From Candidatus Thorarchaeota archaeon (GTDB lineage: Archaea; Asgardarchaeota; Thorarchaeia; Thorarchaeales; Thorarchaeaceae), in contig JAWOEX010000019.1 of assembly GCA_046482545.1 (NCBI GenBank), forward strand, positions 8,243-72,242: DNA of 64,000 bases, written 5' to 3'. The translations under genes were made by a program, and so were the position numbers. This document shows positions 19,090-26,816 of the stretch, piece after piece. Every line of letters starts with the position of its first letter. The first letter of the stretch is position 1. The notes below the pieces were generated by a model that was given only the letters and a program-made list of their open reading frames with translations, made no database searches and was not told the DNA's origin.

Positions 19090-20304
19090 ATGAAGGAACT
19101 ACCGCCGTATTGGACCGATCCGTATAAAGCTCATTTCGAAATAACTATTCTAGACGTACGAGAAACGAAAAGAGTCACTGAAATAACTATCAAGGAGCCA
19201 GTAGTACGATCTGCTGGGGGCGGCCAAGCTGGTGACAGGGGTATTTTGTATACTGAAGAACAGGACATCCAGTTTCTGGACACTAGAAAACATGGAGAAA
19301 ATACTGTATTGATTGCAGATCAAGCTCCTCTAACGGGTCAGAAACACAACTTGGCGATTGACTGGGAGTGGAGATATGGGATGATGAAGAATCATACTGC
19401 AGAGCATCTTTTTGTCGCCCAGTTGCTAAAGATGCATCCAGATATTTTGGTCTCTGAACTATGGATTGATGGTGAGAACGGAAGCATTGTACTCGACGAA
19501 GCTGATTTTGAAATCAAGGATTTGCTGATAGCGGAAAATGAAGTTCAGAAGATGATTGAACGGAGTATTCCGATATCAACGGAATTGGTCGAATCCCAAG
19601 CGGTGGATGACGAAGTAAGAGTAAGGAAAGGAGCACTTGAAAGGCATGACGAACTACGCGTTGTCAGAATTGGTGAGCATGATAAGTCAGCCTGCTCAGG
19701 AACGCATGTGAAGAATACAGAGGAAATTCGAGCTTTCAAGATCGTTGATTATCAAATATCAGAAAGCTCTGTTCATGTAGAGTTTGTAACGGCCGCTAAG
19801 GCTATTGGCATTCTATCGAGAACCTACAACGCCGCACTGCGGAGGAAACACACCGTTCCATTTGAGATGGAACAACTGGGACACATCCTAGACAAGTATT
19901 GTGCTTTGCAATCTAATCACCAAAGAATGACGGAAAAAATCAAATCAGTAGTTCCGGACTTAGTTGAAACCGTTACAAGTGGAGAGACTAATATCCTTCA
20001 TGATGTATTACCCGGATTTGATACCAAGGCATTAAGGGACGCTGCATTGAATCTTAATCCCGCTAAGCCAGCACTGATAATTCTTTTCTCACCAGGGGAT
20101 ACATCACATGTCGTTGTTCGATCAGTAGGATTAGAACGAGAAGCGAAATTCTATGTTGAAGGTATTGTTGAATCTTTAGGAGGTAAAGGTGGAGGTGGTG
20201 GAGATATTTATACCGGCGGCTTCAGCTCTTCTGAAGACCCCTATTCAGTCTATGACAATCTTGTTTCCAAAGCAATAAAGAAAATGCGAAAGAGTGCCAA
20301 TTAA
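19090..20304 (+). CDS. alaX: Alanyl-tRNA editing protein (AlaX family, long form with DHHA1)
   Basis: GGGQAGDRG, NHTAEH (HxxxH), CSGTH (CxxxH), GGKGGGG. Confidence 0.88.
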   Translation: MKELPPYWTDPYKAHFEITILDVRETKRVTEITIKEPVVRSAGGGQAGDRGILYTEEQDIQFLDTRKHGENTVLIADQAPLTGQKHNLAIDWEWRYGMMKNHTAEHLFVAQLLKMHPDILVSELWIDGENGSIVLDEADFEIKDLLIAENEVQKMIERSIPISTELVESQAVDDEVRVRKGALERHDELRVVRIGEHDKSACSGTHVKNTEEIRAFKIVDYQISESSVHVEFVTAAKAIGILSRTYNAALRRKHTVPFEMEQLGHILDKYCALQSNHQRMTEKIKSVVPDLVETVTSGETNILHDVLPGFDTKALRDAALNLNPAKPALIILFSPGDTSHVVVRSVGLEREAKFYVEGIVESLGGKGGGGGDIYTGGFSSSEDPYSVYDNLVSKAIKKMRKSAN

Positions 20305-20777
20305 TCTAGGTTATGCTTCTGAGCTATTTCAGCCCAGAATTTCTTCACAGCCCACGGCACAGCTAGGAACTCTGCTCTGAATGCATCGAAATTCAGTCCC
20401 TGCACCATCATTTCCTGCGATGTCCCTATAACCTCTTGATCCTCATCAAAATCAAAACAGACTTCTGCATACTTCCTGTTTGCTGCTAGAAGATCTTGTA
20501 ATACTTCGCTTTTCTTATCATCTGAAATTTGGTCAAGCGGATATACGTCACAGTACACCTGAACCCATTTTTCGGTCAAGAGCACATTGATCTTGTAGCG
20601 GAAGTGATCCTCTTCCTCCGTGACCATAGGACTAGCTGGAATCTCATCCTTCCGTTCTTTGAAGACCAGCTCAAAGACATTTTTTTCTTCGTTCCAATAA
20701 TGTTTCATATCAAGAAGGTCTAAGTAGGACTCGACCTGTTCTTTAACCCAGATAGCCTTCGACTTGTTTTCATTCAT
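20301..20777 (-). CDS. YbjN/T3SS-chaperone-like protein
   Basis: Acidic 158 aa protein with an LL.AN...VCFDFD pattern typical of the YbjN fold. Confidence 0.6.
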   Translation of the reverse strand: MNENKSKAIWVKEQVESYLDLLDMKHYWNEEKNVFELVFKERKDEIPASPMVTEEEDHFRYKINVLLTEKWVQVYCDVYPLDQISDDKKSEVLQDLLAANRKYAEVCFDFDEDQEVIGTSQEMMVQGLNFDAFRAEFLAVPWAVKKFWAEIAQKHNLD

Positions 20778-20970
20778 GAGTTGCCCGCCTGAGTCTTAAT
20801 TAAGGTCTCTTATGATTAAAGGTTTCCGCGGTATATGCATGCATAATACTTTCGGTACACCCCCTCCACGCAGTCTTTGTAGGTTTACATAGAGAAAAAG
20901 GTTACAGAATCCAAATAGAAGATCTCGTTGGTGAATAGACGTAGATCCACCCCAGTAGGGACGAGTCTCT

Positions 20971-22098
20971 ATGTCAACAGGTCAGACCCTTCAAACCCAG
21001 ATTCATGTTGACCCGGTCCAAGGTAAGAAAGATATCAGGCTTTTTACCCCGCCGGGCATCCTTATCGAATCTCGTAGATATCCTACTGTTATAGCCAGCG
21101 TATTGGCATCATCATCCCCCTCCGAGCATATAGCTCTCTTTAATCATCCGGAGTCCTGGGAAGGACTCGACAAAACTACTATTCTCTCGATGAGGAGACG
21201 CTTGTATCGCTTGCAGATTCCCCTCAATGCCAGACGTATGGAACCATATGAAGCCGTGCACAAACTCCACCAGATAGCCCTGAGTGTCTCGCCTGTCGCA
21301 GTAGAGATAAGAAGTCAGGGCCTTCCTCATTCTAACTTAGTTACAAACCCGGGACAACTACCATGTGGGACAGAAGTTCCTGCTGAATCACTTGAAATCA
21401 TATCAAATACAGAAACCAGCAGAGTCGCAAAAACAATAACCGAGAAAGATATTCCCGCTGCACAGGGAGTTTGGCAACTACTTGAATACGACTATTCACT
21501 TGATCAAGCGGCACGTCTCATGGCGGTAGGTCTTCTCGGGAAGATTGGAAACCGAAGAATCATCACAACCCGTGGGGCATACAAAGCGGCAATTGATGCT
21601 TTCATTGGCCGAACAATAATTGAGCTAGCTGAAAGACCGTTGGCAAATAGAAGAACAGTATTCTCTGCCAACTTGTTCAACGACGATTTCACTGTGTTCC
21701 TACAGCCAGGTGAGCCAGCAGTTGACTACGTGAGAATGGATATCAGGCCATCGGGCACAAGTCAAGGATATTCATTTGAGCGAGAAAATGGTTCCGCTTC
21801 TGATGCCAAGTCCTCACTTTACGCTGACCATGCCCGATACTCAGCTTACAGGCATCTCTTAGCAAATCAGCTGAAAGCACATATTACGATTTTTCACTGC
21901 TCCAAAACACCTAGGAATAATCTTCTGGGTCCATGGATTGCTAGAGCTGGTGTGGAGAAAGCGCTTTCATCAGGACCCAGACGTGTAGGTACGGGTCAAT
22001 CGGATTCAGATCTTCTCAACGGAATCCTTTCACCAAACTTGAAAAAATGGACTCACTCGCTTCCGTTCAAGAATAGGCAAGTTTTACAAAAATCCTAA
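20971..22098 (+). CDS. Divergent Nre-family paralog; C-terminus supplied by the inserted element
   Basis: TPPGILI..RYPTV, PESW, MAVGLLG...RRIITT, LGPWIAR align with NreA at 57204 (SPPSVFVGEHGYPKV, PDLW, SVGLLG...RRLVPT, LGVWRFR). Confidence 0.75.
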   Translation: MSTGQTLQTQIHVDPVQGKKDIRLFTPPGILIESRRYPTVIASVLASSSPSEHIALFNHPESWEGLDKTTILSMRRRLYRLQIPLNARRMEPYEAVHKLHQIALSVSPVAVEIRSQGLPHSNLVTNPGQLPCGTEVPAESLEIISNTETSRVAKTITEKDIPAAQGVWQLLEYDYSLDQAARLMAVGLLGKIGNRRIITTRGAYKAAIDAFIGRTIIELAERPLANRRTVFSANLFNDDFTVFLQPGEPAVDYVRMDIRPSGTSQGYSFERENGSASDAKSSLYADHARYSAYRHLLANQLKAHITIFHCSKTPRNNLLGPWIARAGVEKALSSGPRRVGTGQSDSDLLNGILSPNLKKWTHSLPFKNRQVLQKS

Positions 22099-22633
22099 AG
22101 AATCCGAGTGGAAGAGTGTAAACTATCTGTAAGAGTTCCTGTAAGTGCTACTGTGACCGAGGGCGATAGGACTTTATTAGGCCCAGTAAGAAATTTCGTT
22201 TCAGTAGGACTAGGCAAGTGGGCTAGTGGTGTAACACGACGCACGCGGCCGAAAGCTGCAAGGAAGACTCGTTCTTCTAAACAGAAGTCCCCACTCTCCA
22301 AACAAGGGGCCTCATCGAGCTCTGGAGAGTCCGCGGCTGTTCACCTTGTCCGTAATGGACCTCCTCAGTTACGGCGACAAGGCTGAGGTGGGTGATCATG
22401 ACCACGCCGTGGTAAGAACTGTGGAAGACCTCGCTGTCGCCGGGAGTGTGACCCGGACAACGACAGGAGACAGAAGCCAGGACCGCAGGAGGAATTCCAT
22501 TCCGATGAACGCGGACAAAGCCCCTGCTGACTCACGGAGCCACTGGGTAACCTTGGGGGCGGCGACGCTGGCAGGGGAAGGGTGGAACACAGAAGTTTCA
22601 TGCAGTTCCTAGAACTGTAAGAAATGGGTTATA
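22073..22633 (+). mobile_element. Copy 2 (full length, ~561 bp) of the structured-RNA element
   Basis: Flanked by TCAAGAA direct repeats (22067-22073, 22634-22640); left end ...TTACAAAAATCCTAAA, right end CTGTAAGAAATGGGTTATA; colinear with copy 3. Confidence 0.87.
22200..22620 (+). ncRNA. Putative large structured RNA inside the element (family not recognised)
   Basis: Stem-loops conserved across copies with compensatory or G-U-compatible changes; no reading frame is conserved between copies. Confidence 0.6.
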
Positions 22634-22663
22634 TCAAGAAAAGGAGGTAGTTGCCGATTCCAT

Positions 22664-22696
22664 GAGAGGGTGCTCATTGTGATTGAGCACCCTTTC
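22664..22696. terminator. Hairpin between convergent genes
   Basis: GAGAGGGTGCTCA-ttgtgat-TGAGCACCCTTTC. Confidence 0.65.
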
Positions 22697-22741
22697 TATG
22701 GCGCCTAAGTAGAAGAACAGCTATCAAATAGTGAAAAAGAA

Positions 22742-23326
22742 TCAATCAGTATCTTCTGCTTGCTCAGCGAAACTACGACATCTTTCCGCTTCTCTTTTCT
22801 CTCCTCGATTTTCATGGAGATTTGCGGCTATTCGATAGGACCTAGCAACCTCATCCCATTTTTGCTTCGCATCAAAGCAGAGAGCTAGCGCTTTCCAAGT
22901 GCTGGGATCAGAAGAATCAGATTTCAGAGCTTCTTTGTAGGCCTTTATCGCACCATCGATTTGCATCATGCTTTCGAGTGCCCCAGCTTTCTTCTTCCAG
23001 AGTAGAGCCGCATGACCATTATTTGATAGCCCTTCTTTGCTAGTCTTCAACGCATTTTCAAAATCACCAATGCTCAGATATGCTTCTGCTTTGTTTGCAT
23101 GCGCATCTGGATTTTGAGGAGCTAGACCTATTGCCTTATCGAAGTCTCGGATAGCTTCATCTTGCCTGCCAATCAGTATCTTTAGGCGCCCCATCTCATT
23201 TAGTGCTTGGATGTCTTCAGGATTGCTCTCGAGATGTTGCTCATAGGCTTCAATGGCCTTTCGATTTTCACCCCGATTCTTAAGCTCCCGAGCTTCCCTT
23301 AGATGGGCTTTAGGCTTCGTATTCAT
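22742..23326 (-). CDS. TPR repeat protein
   Basis: About 5 TPRs (AIEAYEQHLESNP, AIRDFDKAIGLAP, AIKAYKEALKSD). Confidence 0.88.
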   Translation of the reverse strand: MNTKPKAHLREARELKNRGENRKAIEAYEQHLESNPEDIQALNEMGRLKILIGRQDEAIRDFDKAIGLAPQNPDAHANKAEAYLSIGDFENALKTSKEGLSNNGHAALLWKKKAGALESMMQIDGAIKAYKEALKSDSSDPSTWKALALCFDAKQKWDEVARSYRIAANLHENRGEKREAERCRSFAEQAEDTD

Positions 23327-23475
23327 AATGGTATTTCTCCATTTGGAGATTTAATGCTTATTCTTCCGTAATGGATTTCAAAAATCATCTTACGGACCAA
23401 TCCAATATCACATTGATAACAAGTATTTTAACGGGCACGTAAACTAAAATTCACACCAATAGAGAGGAGAATCTA

Positions 23476-23979
23476 ATGAGTTCAAAGCAAAATCCCCCTC
23501 AAGATAATAGTCAAATCGGGGATGACATCGAGTCCGAAGAGGAGAGAAATCACGATGAGTATGCTGGAATGGAGCCATCTTTCTTCAAAAATCCTTGGCC
23601 AAAAACGGTGCTTTTTGTAACATTGATTGGCCTTGGTATTGTTCTCCTGACACCAGTTGATGTGTGGTCAGTCTGGAATTACACCCTGCTGGGCACATAC
23701 GGCTTGGTCATAATTGCCTCTGTTGGTACGATTATTGGCCTTCGAATATGGTTCACAACAGAGGGGTCTCGACTGAAATACGGTGGTATTGCAAATGCCA
23801 TAGTTGTTATCATATGCGCTGTGGTGGGAACTCTAGATACTGCTTTCTGGGTGACCCTTGGCAGATCTTTCATCCCTCAGGTTTCAGATAGTCCCTTTCT
23901 ATCATTTCTGCTAGTCATTCAGGTCTTTTGCCTATATAGCATCTGGCTGCTACGGCGTGTCATTCGTGGCGAAGATTAG
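23476..23979 (+). CDS. Hypothetical 4-TM membrane protein
   Basis: Four hydrophobic segments; GAGGAG RBS. Confidence 0.75.
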   Translation: MSSKQNPPQDNSQIGDDIESEEERNHDEYAGMEPSFFKNPWPKTVLFVTLIGLGIVLLTPVDVWSVWNYTLLGTYGLVIIASVGTIIGLRIWFTTEGSRLKYGGIANAIVVIICAVVGTLDTAFWVTLGRSFIPQVSDSPFLSFLLVIQVFCLYSIWLLRRVIRGED

Positions 23980-23987
23980 GCTTCTAG

Positions 23988-24368
23988 GTGCTCTGTTTGC
24001 CTCAGAATGAGCCAACCCTGAGCGAAATCCTCAATATAATACGTGAATTTGTAAGAGAACGCGATTGGGAACAGTTTCACCAGCCACGTTCTCTTGCTAT
24101 CTCAGCAGCTGTTGAGATGGGCGAGCTTCTGGAGCTGTTCCAGTGGCTCAGCAATGAGGAAGTAGAACAAGCTCTCAGTGAGGACAACTATCGGATAAAG
24201 ATATCACATGAAATTGCCGATGCCATGATTTATCTCCTGCGGTTAGCTGATGTTGCCTCAATCGATCCGTCAAATGCTATTATCTCCAAAATGGCAGTTA
24301 ACCGAGAGAAATATCCTTCCAACGAGGTAGAGGGAAGGCGGCCTAAAGATCCGCGTCATAAGCAGTGA
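23988..24368 (+). CDS. MazG-like nucleotide pyrophosphohydrolase (dCTPase family)
   Basis: ERDWEQFH.P, E.GELLELFQW, EIAD..IYL, KM..N.EKYP. Confidence 0.92.
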   Translation: MLCLPQNEPTLSEILNIIREFVRERDWEQFHQPRSLAISAAVEMGELLELFQWLSNEEVEQALSEDNYRIKISHEIADAMIYLLRLADVASIDPSNAIISKMAVNREKYPSNEVEGRRPKDPRHKQ

Positions 24369-25167
24369 CTCTTGAATACAGGCTAGGTTTTCTGTCCTTA
24401 AGCACATGATTTCGGTCGGTAATCATTTTGTTATCAGCTTCAGTTGGATTTATGTCAATGAAAGCAACGCCTGTTTCCTTTTCTTCAAGAGACACAAGGA
24501 CTTCTCCCTTGGGAGTGGTGATTTGTGATTGCCCTGAAAAAGACACCCCTCGCTCTTCACCGACACGATTTGCTGTTGCTGTAAAGACCCTATTCTCAAT
24601 AGAACGCGTAATCATCGCCTTCTGACAAAATGGAAGCACCAAGTTAGCAGGGTGCAGAATGACCTGTGCATTCTTGAGTGCGAGTATCCTTGCAACCTCA
24701 GGGAATGCCCAGTCGAAGCAAATCATCATTCCATATCTGAAATCAAGATGATTGATAACAGGTGGTTCTTTGGCCCCTGCGGAGAAAATATCCAGTTCAT
24801 TATCGAACAGGTGGATTTTTCTATACTTTCCGATCATTTTACCATTTCCAAAGCCTACAGCAGAATTGTAGAGGTCGTCACCATCTCGTTCACAAATACC
24901 GCATACTATCAGCCTATCTTTTCTGGACCACTCGCGAAGTATCTGCGAGGTCTCACCTCCGGGTATTTCTTCGCTACTTACCATTGCCTCTTGCCTATCA
25001 TTGAATACGTAACCGGAGTTTGCCAGTTCAGGAAGAACCAAGATGTCTATGTTGACCGAGGCAGATGCATCCAGCGTCTTCTCGATTTTTTTCAGATTGG
25101 CCGTGGTTTTTGGTACAACTGGTTGAATTTGCCCAACACCTAGTCTGATACCATTTGTCTCTTTCAT
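24343..25167 (-). CDS. Carbon-nitrogen hydrolase (nitrilase superfamily)
   Basis: Glu-Lys-Cys triad: LPEL, YRKIHLF, ICFDWAFPE. Confidence 0.93.
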   Translation of the reverse strand: MKETNGIRLGVGQIQPVVPKTTANLKKIEKTLDASASVNIDILVLPELANSGYVFNDRQEAMVSSEEIPGGETSQILREWSRKDRLIVCGICERDGDDLYNSAVGFGNGKMIGKYRKIHLFDNELDIFSAGAKEPPVINHLDFRYGMMICFDWAFPEVARILALKNAQVILHPANLVLPFCQKAMITRSIENRVFTATANRVGEERGVSFSGQSQITTPKGEVLVSLEEKETGVAFIDINPTEADNKMITDRNHVLKDRKPSLYSRVTAYDADL

Positions 25168-25298
25168 CGGAATTCGTCTCTCAGTAAGGGTATGCTATCT
25201 ATGATACTGAGAGATTTCTTTCTTTTGTACTATTCGAGGGATGTATAGAAAAGACCATATCTGTCCGTTTCAAACATTCAATCAAGGGTGATTCTGAA

Positions 25299-25433
25299 AT
25301 GTCGGAATCAGAAGAGTCCAATCCCAAAAAAACAAAATCCAAACCTGTGGTTGACGAGACTTGGGATGATGTTGAGCTTCCTGAAGAGTATTGGGATGAT
25401 GAGTTCGAAGAAGATGAGTTTGAAGCGTGGTGA
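25299..25433 (+). CDS. Unannotated 44-aa Trp/acidic micro-protein
   Basis: GGTGAT RBS then MSESEESNPKKTKSKPVVDETWDDVELPEEYWDDEFEEDEFEAW*. Confidence 0.6.
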   Translation: MSESEESNPKKTKSKPVVDETWDDVELPEEYWDDEFEEDEFEAW

Positions 25434-25508
25434 AATCTATCATTCAATTCATGTGGCGTTCTACAAATGAATCTTCAAGTGCACCCAGTTTGTTAGTTGC
25501 AGGTCTTT

Positions 25509-26342
25509 CTACCTGCTAGATTTGATATACTTCTTTACTCTGAGAAGCTTGTTGTAGCTGCTGTGGATTTCCTTCTTGGCATCTACTCCCCACATTCTGT
25601 GAAGGAGAGCATACTTCGTGCGCATCCGCTTTATCTGGTTTCGGAGGCCCGAATAGGTTGATTTCAAGCTCTCTATCTTGGTCCCAGAATTTTTGGAACG
25701 CTCACTTAACCGAGCGATTCTCTTGTTGAGTCTTTTCAGTTCAGCTCTTGATGCAGAAGCAATCAGCCTTTCAAGCACATCATTGCTCTTTGTCCCCAAT
25801 GGTCGAAGTCTTGCCCAACGTGAAACGGGAACCCCTGCCTTGCTTATGCTCTCTGAGGTTCTCTTTGCATCTAGCAACCCAGTTTTGTTGCCCTCGGAAT
25901 AGAAACGCTTGTGTTCTCGCTTTCGCAGGTGGGGAAATAGAAGTACACCTCTTTGGATTTTGAGCCCACCGGATTTCTCACAGAGTCTTTGAACCCTCTT
26001 TCTTTGTTGCACAGTTGATTTGGGGAGTGAGTAAGCCACGATTTTGTATGCTCGAAATTCCCCCTCTGAATCGTCATCGTTCTCCTTTGGTATTTGACGA
26101 GCCCCCGTCAAGATAATATGAGAAATGTCTGCTAGCAGATCCCTGAGTCTCCTTGGACTGCCACGTACAACATAGACTCCAGTTACCTGTTTCTTGAGGG
26201 CAAAGTTGGATTTCAGAAATTTCCCTATCTTTTTGTGATGTTCTTCTCGTTTCGGTAAAAGAAGGAGATAGCGTTTTCTCTTATGTTTGACCTTAGTGCC
26301 TTCGTCGCCCTCATCACTCATATTCAAATCGTGTACTGTCAC
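25509..26342 (-). CDS. Basic protein with a ChrB-N/PaaX/Cas2-like domain and C-terminal helices
   Basis: YKIVAYSLPKSTVQQRKRVQRLCEKSGGLKIQRGVLLFP resembles the ChrB-N pattern; very K/R rich. Confidence 0.6.
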   Translation of the reverse strand: MTVHDLNMSDEGDEGTKVKHKRKRYLLLLPKREEHHKKIGKFLKSNFALKKQVTGVYVVRGSPRRLRDLLADISHIILTGARQIPKENDDDSEGEFRAYKIVAYSLPKSTVQQRKRVQRLCEKSGGLKIQRGVLLFPHLRKREHKRFYSEGNKTGLLDAKRTSESISKAGVPVSRWARLRPLGTKSNDVLERLIASASRAELKRLNKRIARLSERSKNSGTKIESLKSTYSGLRNQIKRMRTKYALLHRMWGVDAKKEIHSSYNKLLRVKKYIKSSR

Positions 26343-26624
26343 GGCATATCCTCCTACCAGTTAGTGTTTAAACAGTTTCTCTTGGATATCTTTCTTCACG
26401 GTGTCAGTAGTGACAATTATGGGTCTTTCTCATATTCCTTTTTCTGGGTTATAATCGGCTTCTATGTTCTTCAGAGGCGATATCGACGTGGATAAACCCT
26501 TTTTTCCTTTGTTTTTCGAATTCTTATCCGTATTCTATTTTTACTGCACTCATAAAGTAGTTGGTCGCCGACCGTAAGCTTAACTCAATTATTGGACAGC
26601 AACTTCCTAGGTGAAACATCGTTG

Positions 26625-26720
26625 ATGCGTTTCGATGAAGATTGGGACGAAGACGAAGACTGGGACGAAGACGACGATTGGGACGAAGACGAAGACTGGG
26701 ACGAAGACGACGATTGGTAA
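26625..26720 (+). CDS. Unannotated 31-aa peptide MRFDEDWDEDEDWDEDDDWDEDEDWDEDDDW
   Basis: AGGTGA RBS upstream, ATG at 26625 (TTG at 26622), TAA at 26718-26720; repeat variation falls at third codon positions. Confidence 0.62.
   Translation: MRFDEDWDEDEDWDEDDDWDEDEDWDEDDDW
26634..26717 (+). repeat. 18-bp tandem repeat (4 full units plus 1 partial; 36-bp higher-order unit)
   Basis: GACGAAGACGA(A/C)GA(C/T)TGG units read directly from the sequence. Confidence 0.95.
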
Positions 26721-26816
26721 ACATCTCCCAGTAATGAATCTAAGTCTCGCGTCCAAGTGAGATATTGAAAAATGATTGTGAGCCTTGATTTTTTGGCTCA
26801 CAATCCTCTGTTGTCT

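Noticed and set aside
20901-20915. GTTACAGAATCCAAA resembles the element left end
   Set aside because: Only about 11 bp match and none of the downstream conserved blocks follow; chance or an unprovable relic.
22095-22612. Short ORFs inside the element copies (22108-22386, 22346-22612, 22365-22601, 40870-41091, 40901-41086, 6608-6805)
   Set aside because: Frames are broken by indels between copies and show no DDE, HUH or recombinase motifs; they are shadows of GC-rich structured sequence.
22200-22620. Element as RNase P RNA, SRP RNA, or a group I/II intron
   Set aside because: GCCAGGACC only loosely resembles SRP helix 8 (no GGAA loop or AGCA). I found no RNase P P4 pair, no group II GUGYG start or domain V, and no ordered group I P-Q-R-S set. 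Multiple copies with flanking duplications do not fit a housekeeping RNA. A covariance-model search is still needed.
25509-26342. True cas2 gene
   Set aside because: Too long, lacks the Cas2 YD motif, and has no cas1 or array nearby.
26634-26717. Tandem repeat as a CRISPR array or Trp attenuator
   Set aside because: Units are contiguous 18-mers with no unique spacers. The downstream gene is convergent, so there is nothing to attenuate.
26524-26801. Minus-strand ORFs through the repeat (RRLRPSL..., VFVPVFVFVP...)
   Set aside because: Third-position variation, the RBS and the stop placement favour the plus-strand DEDW frame.
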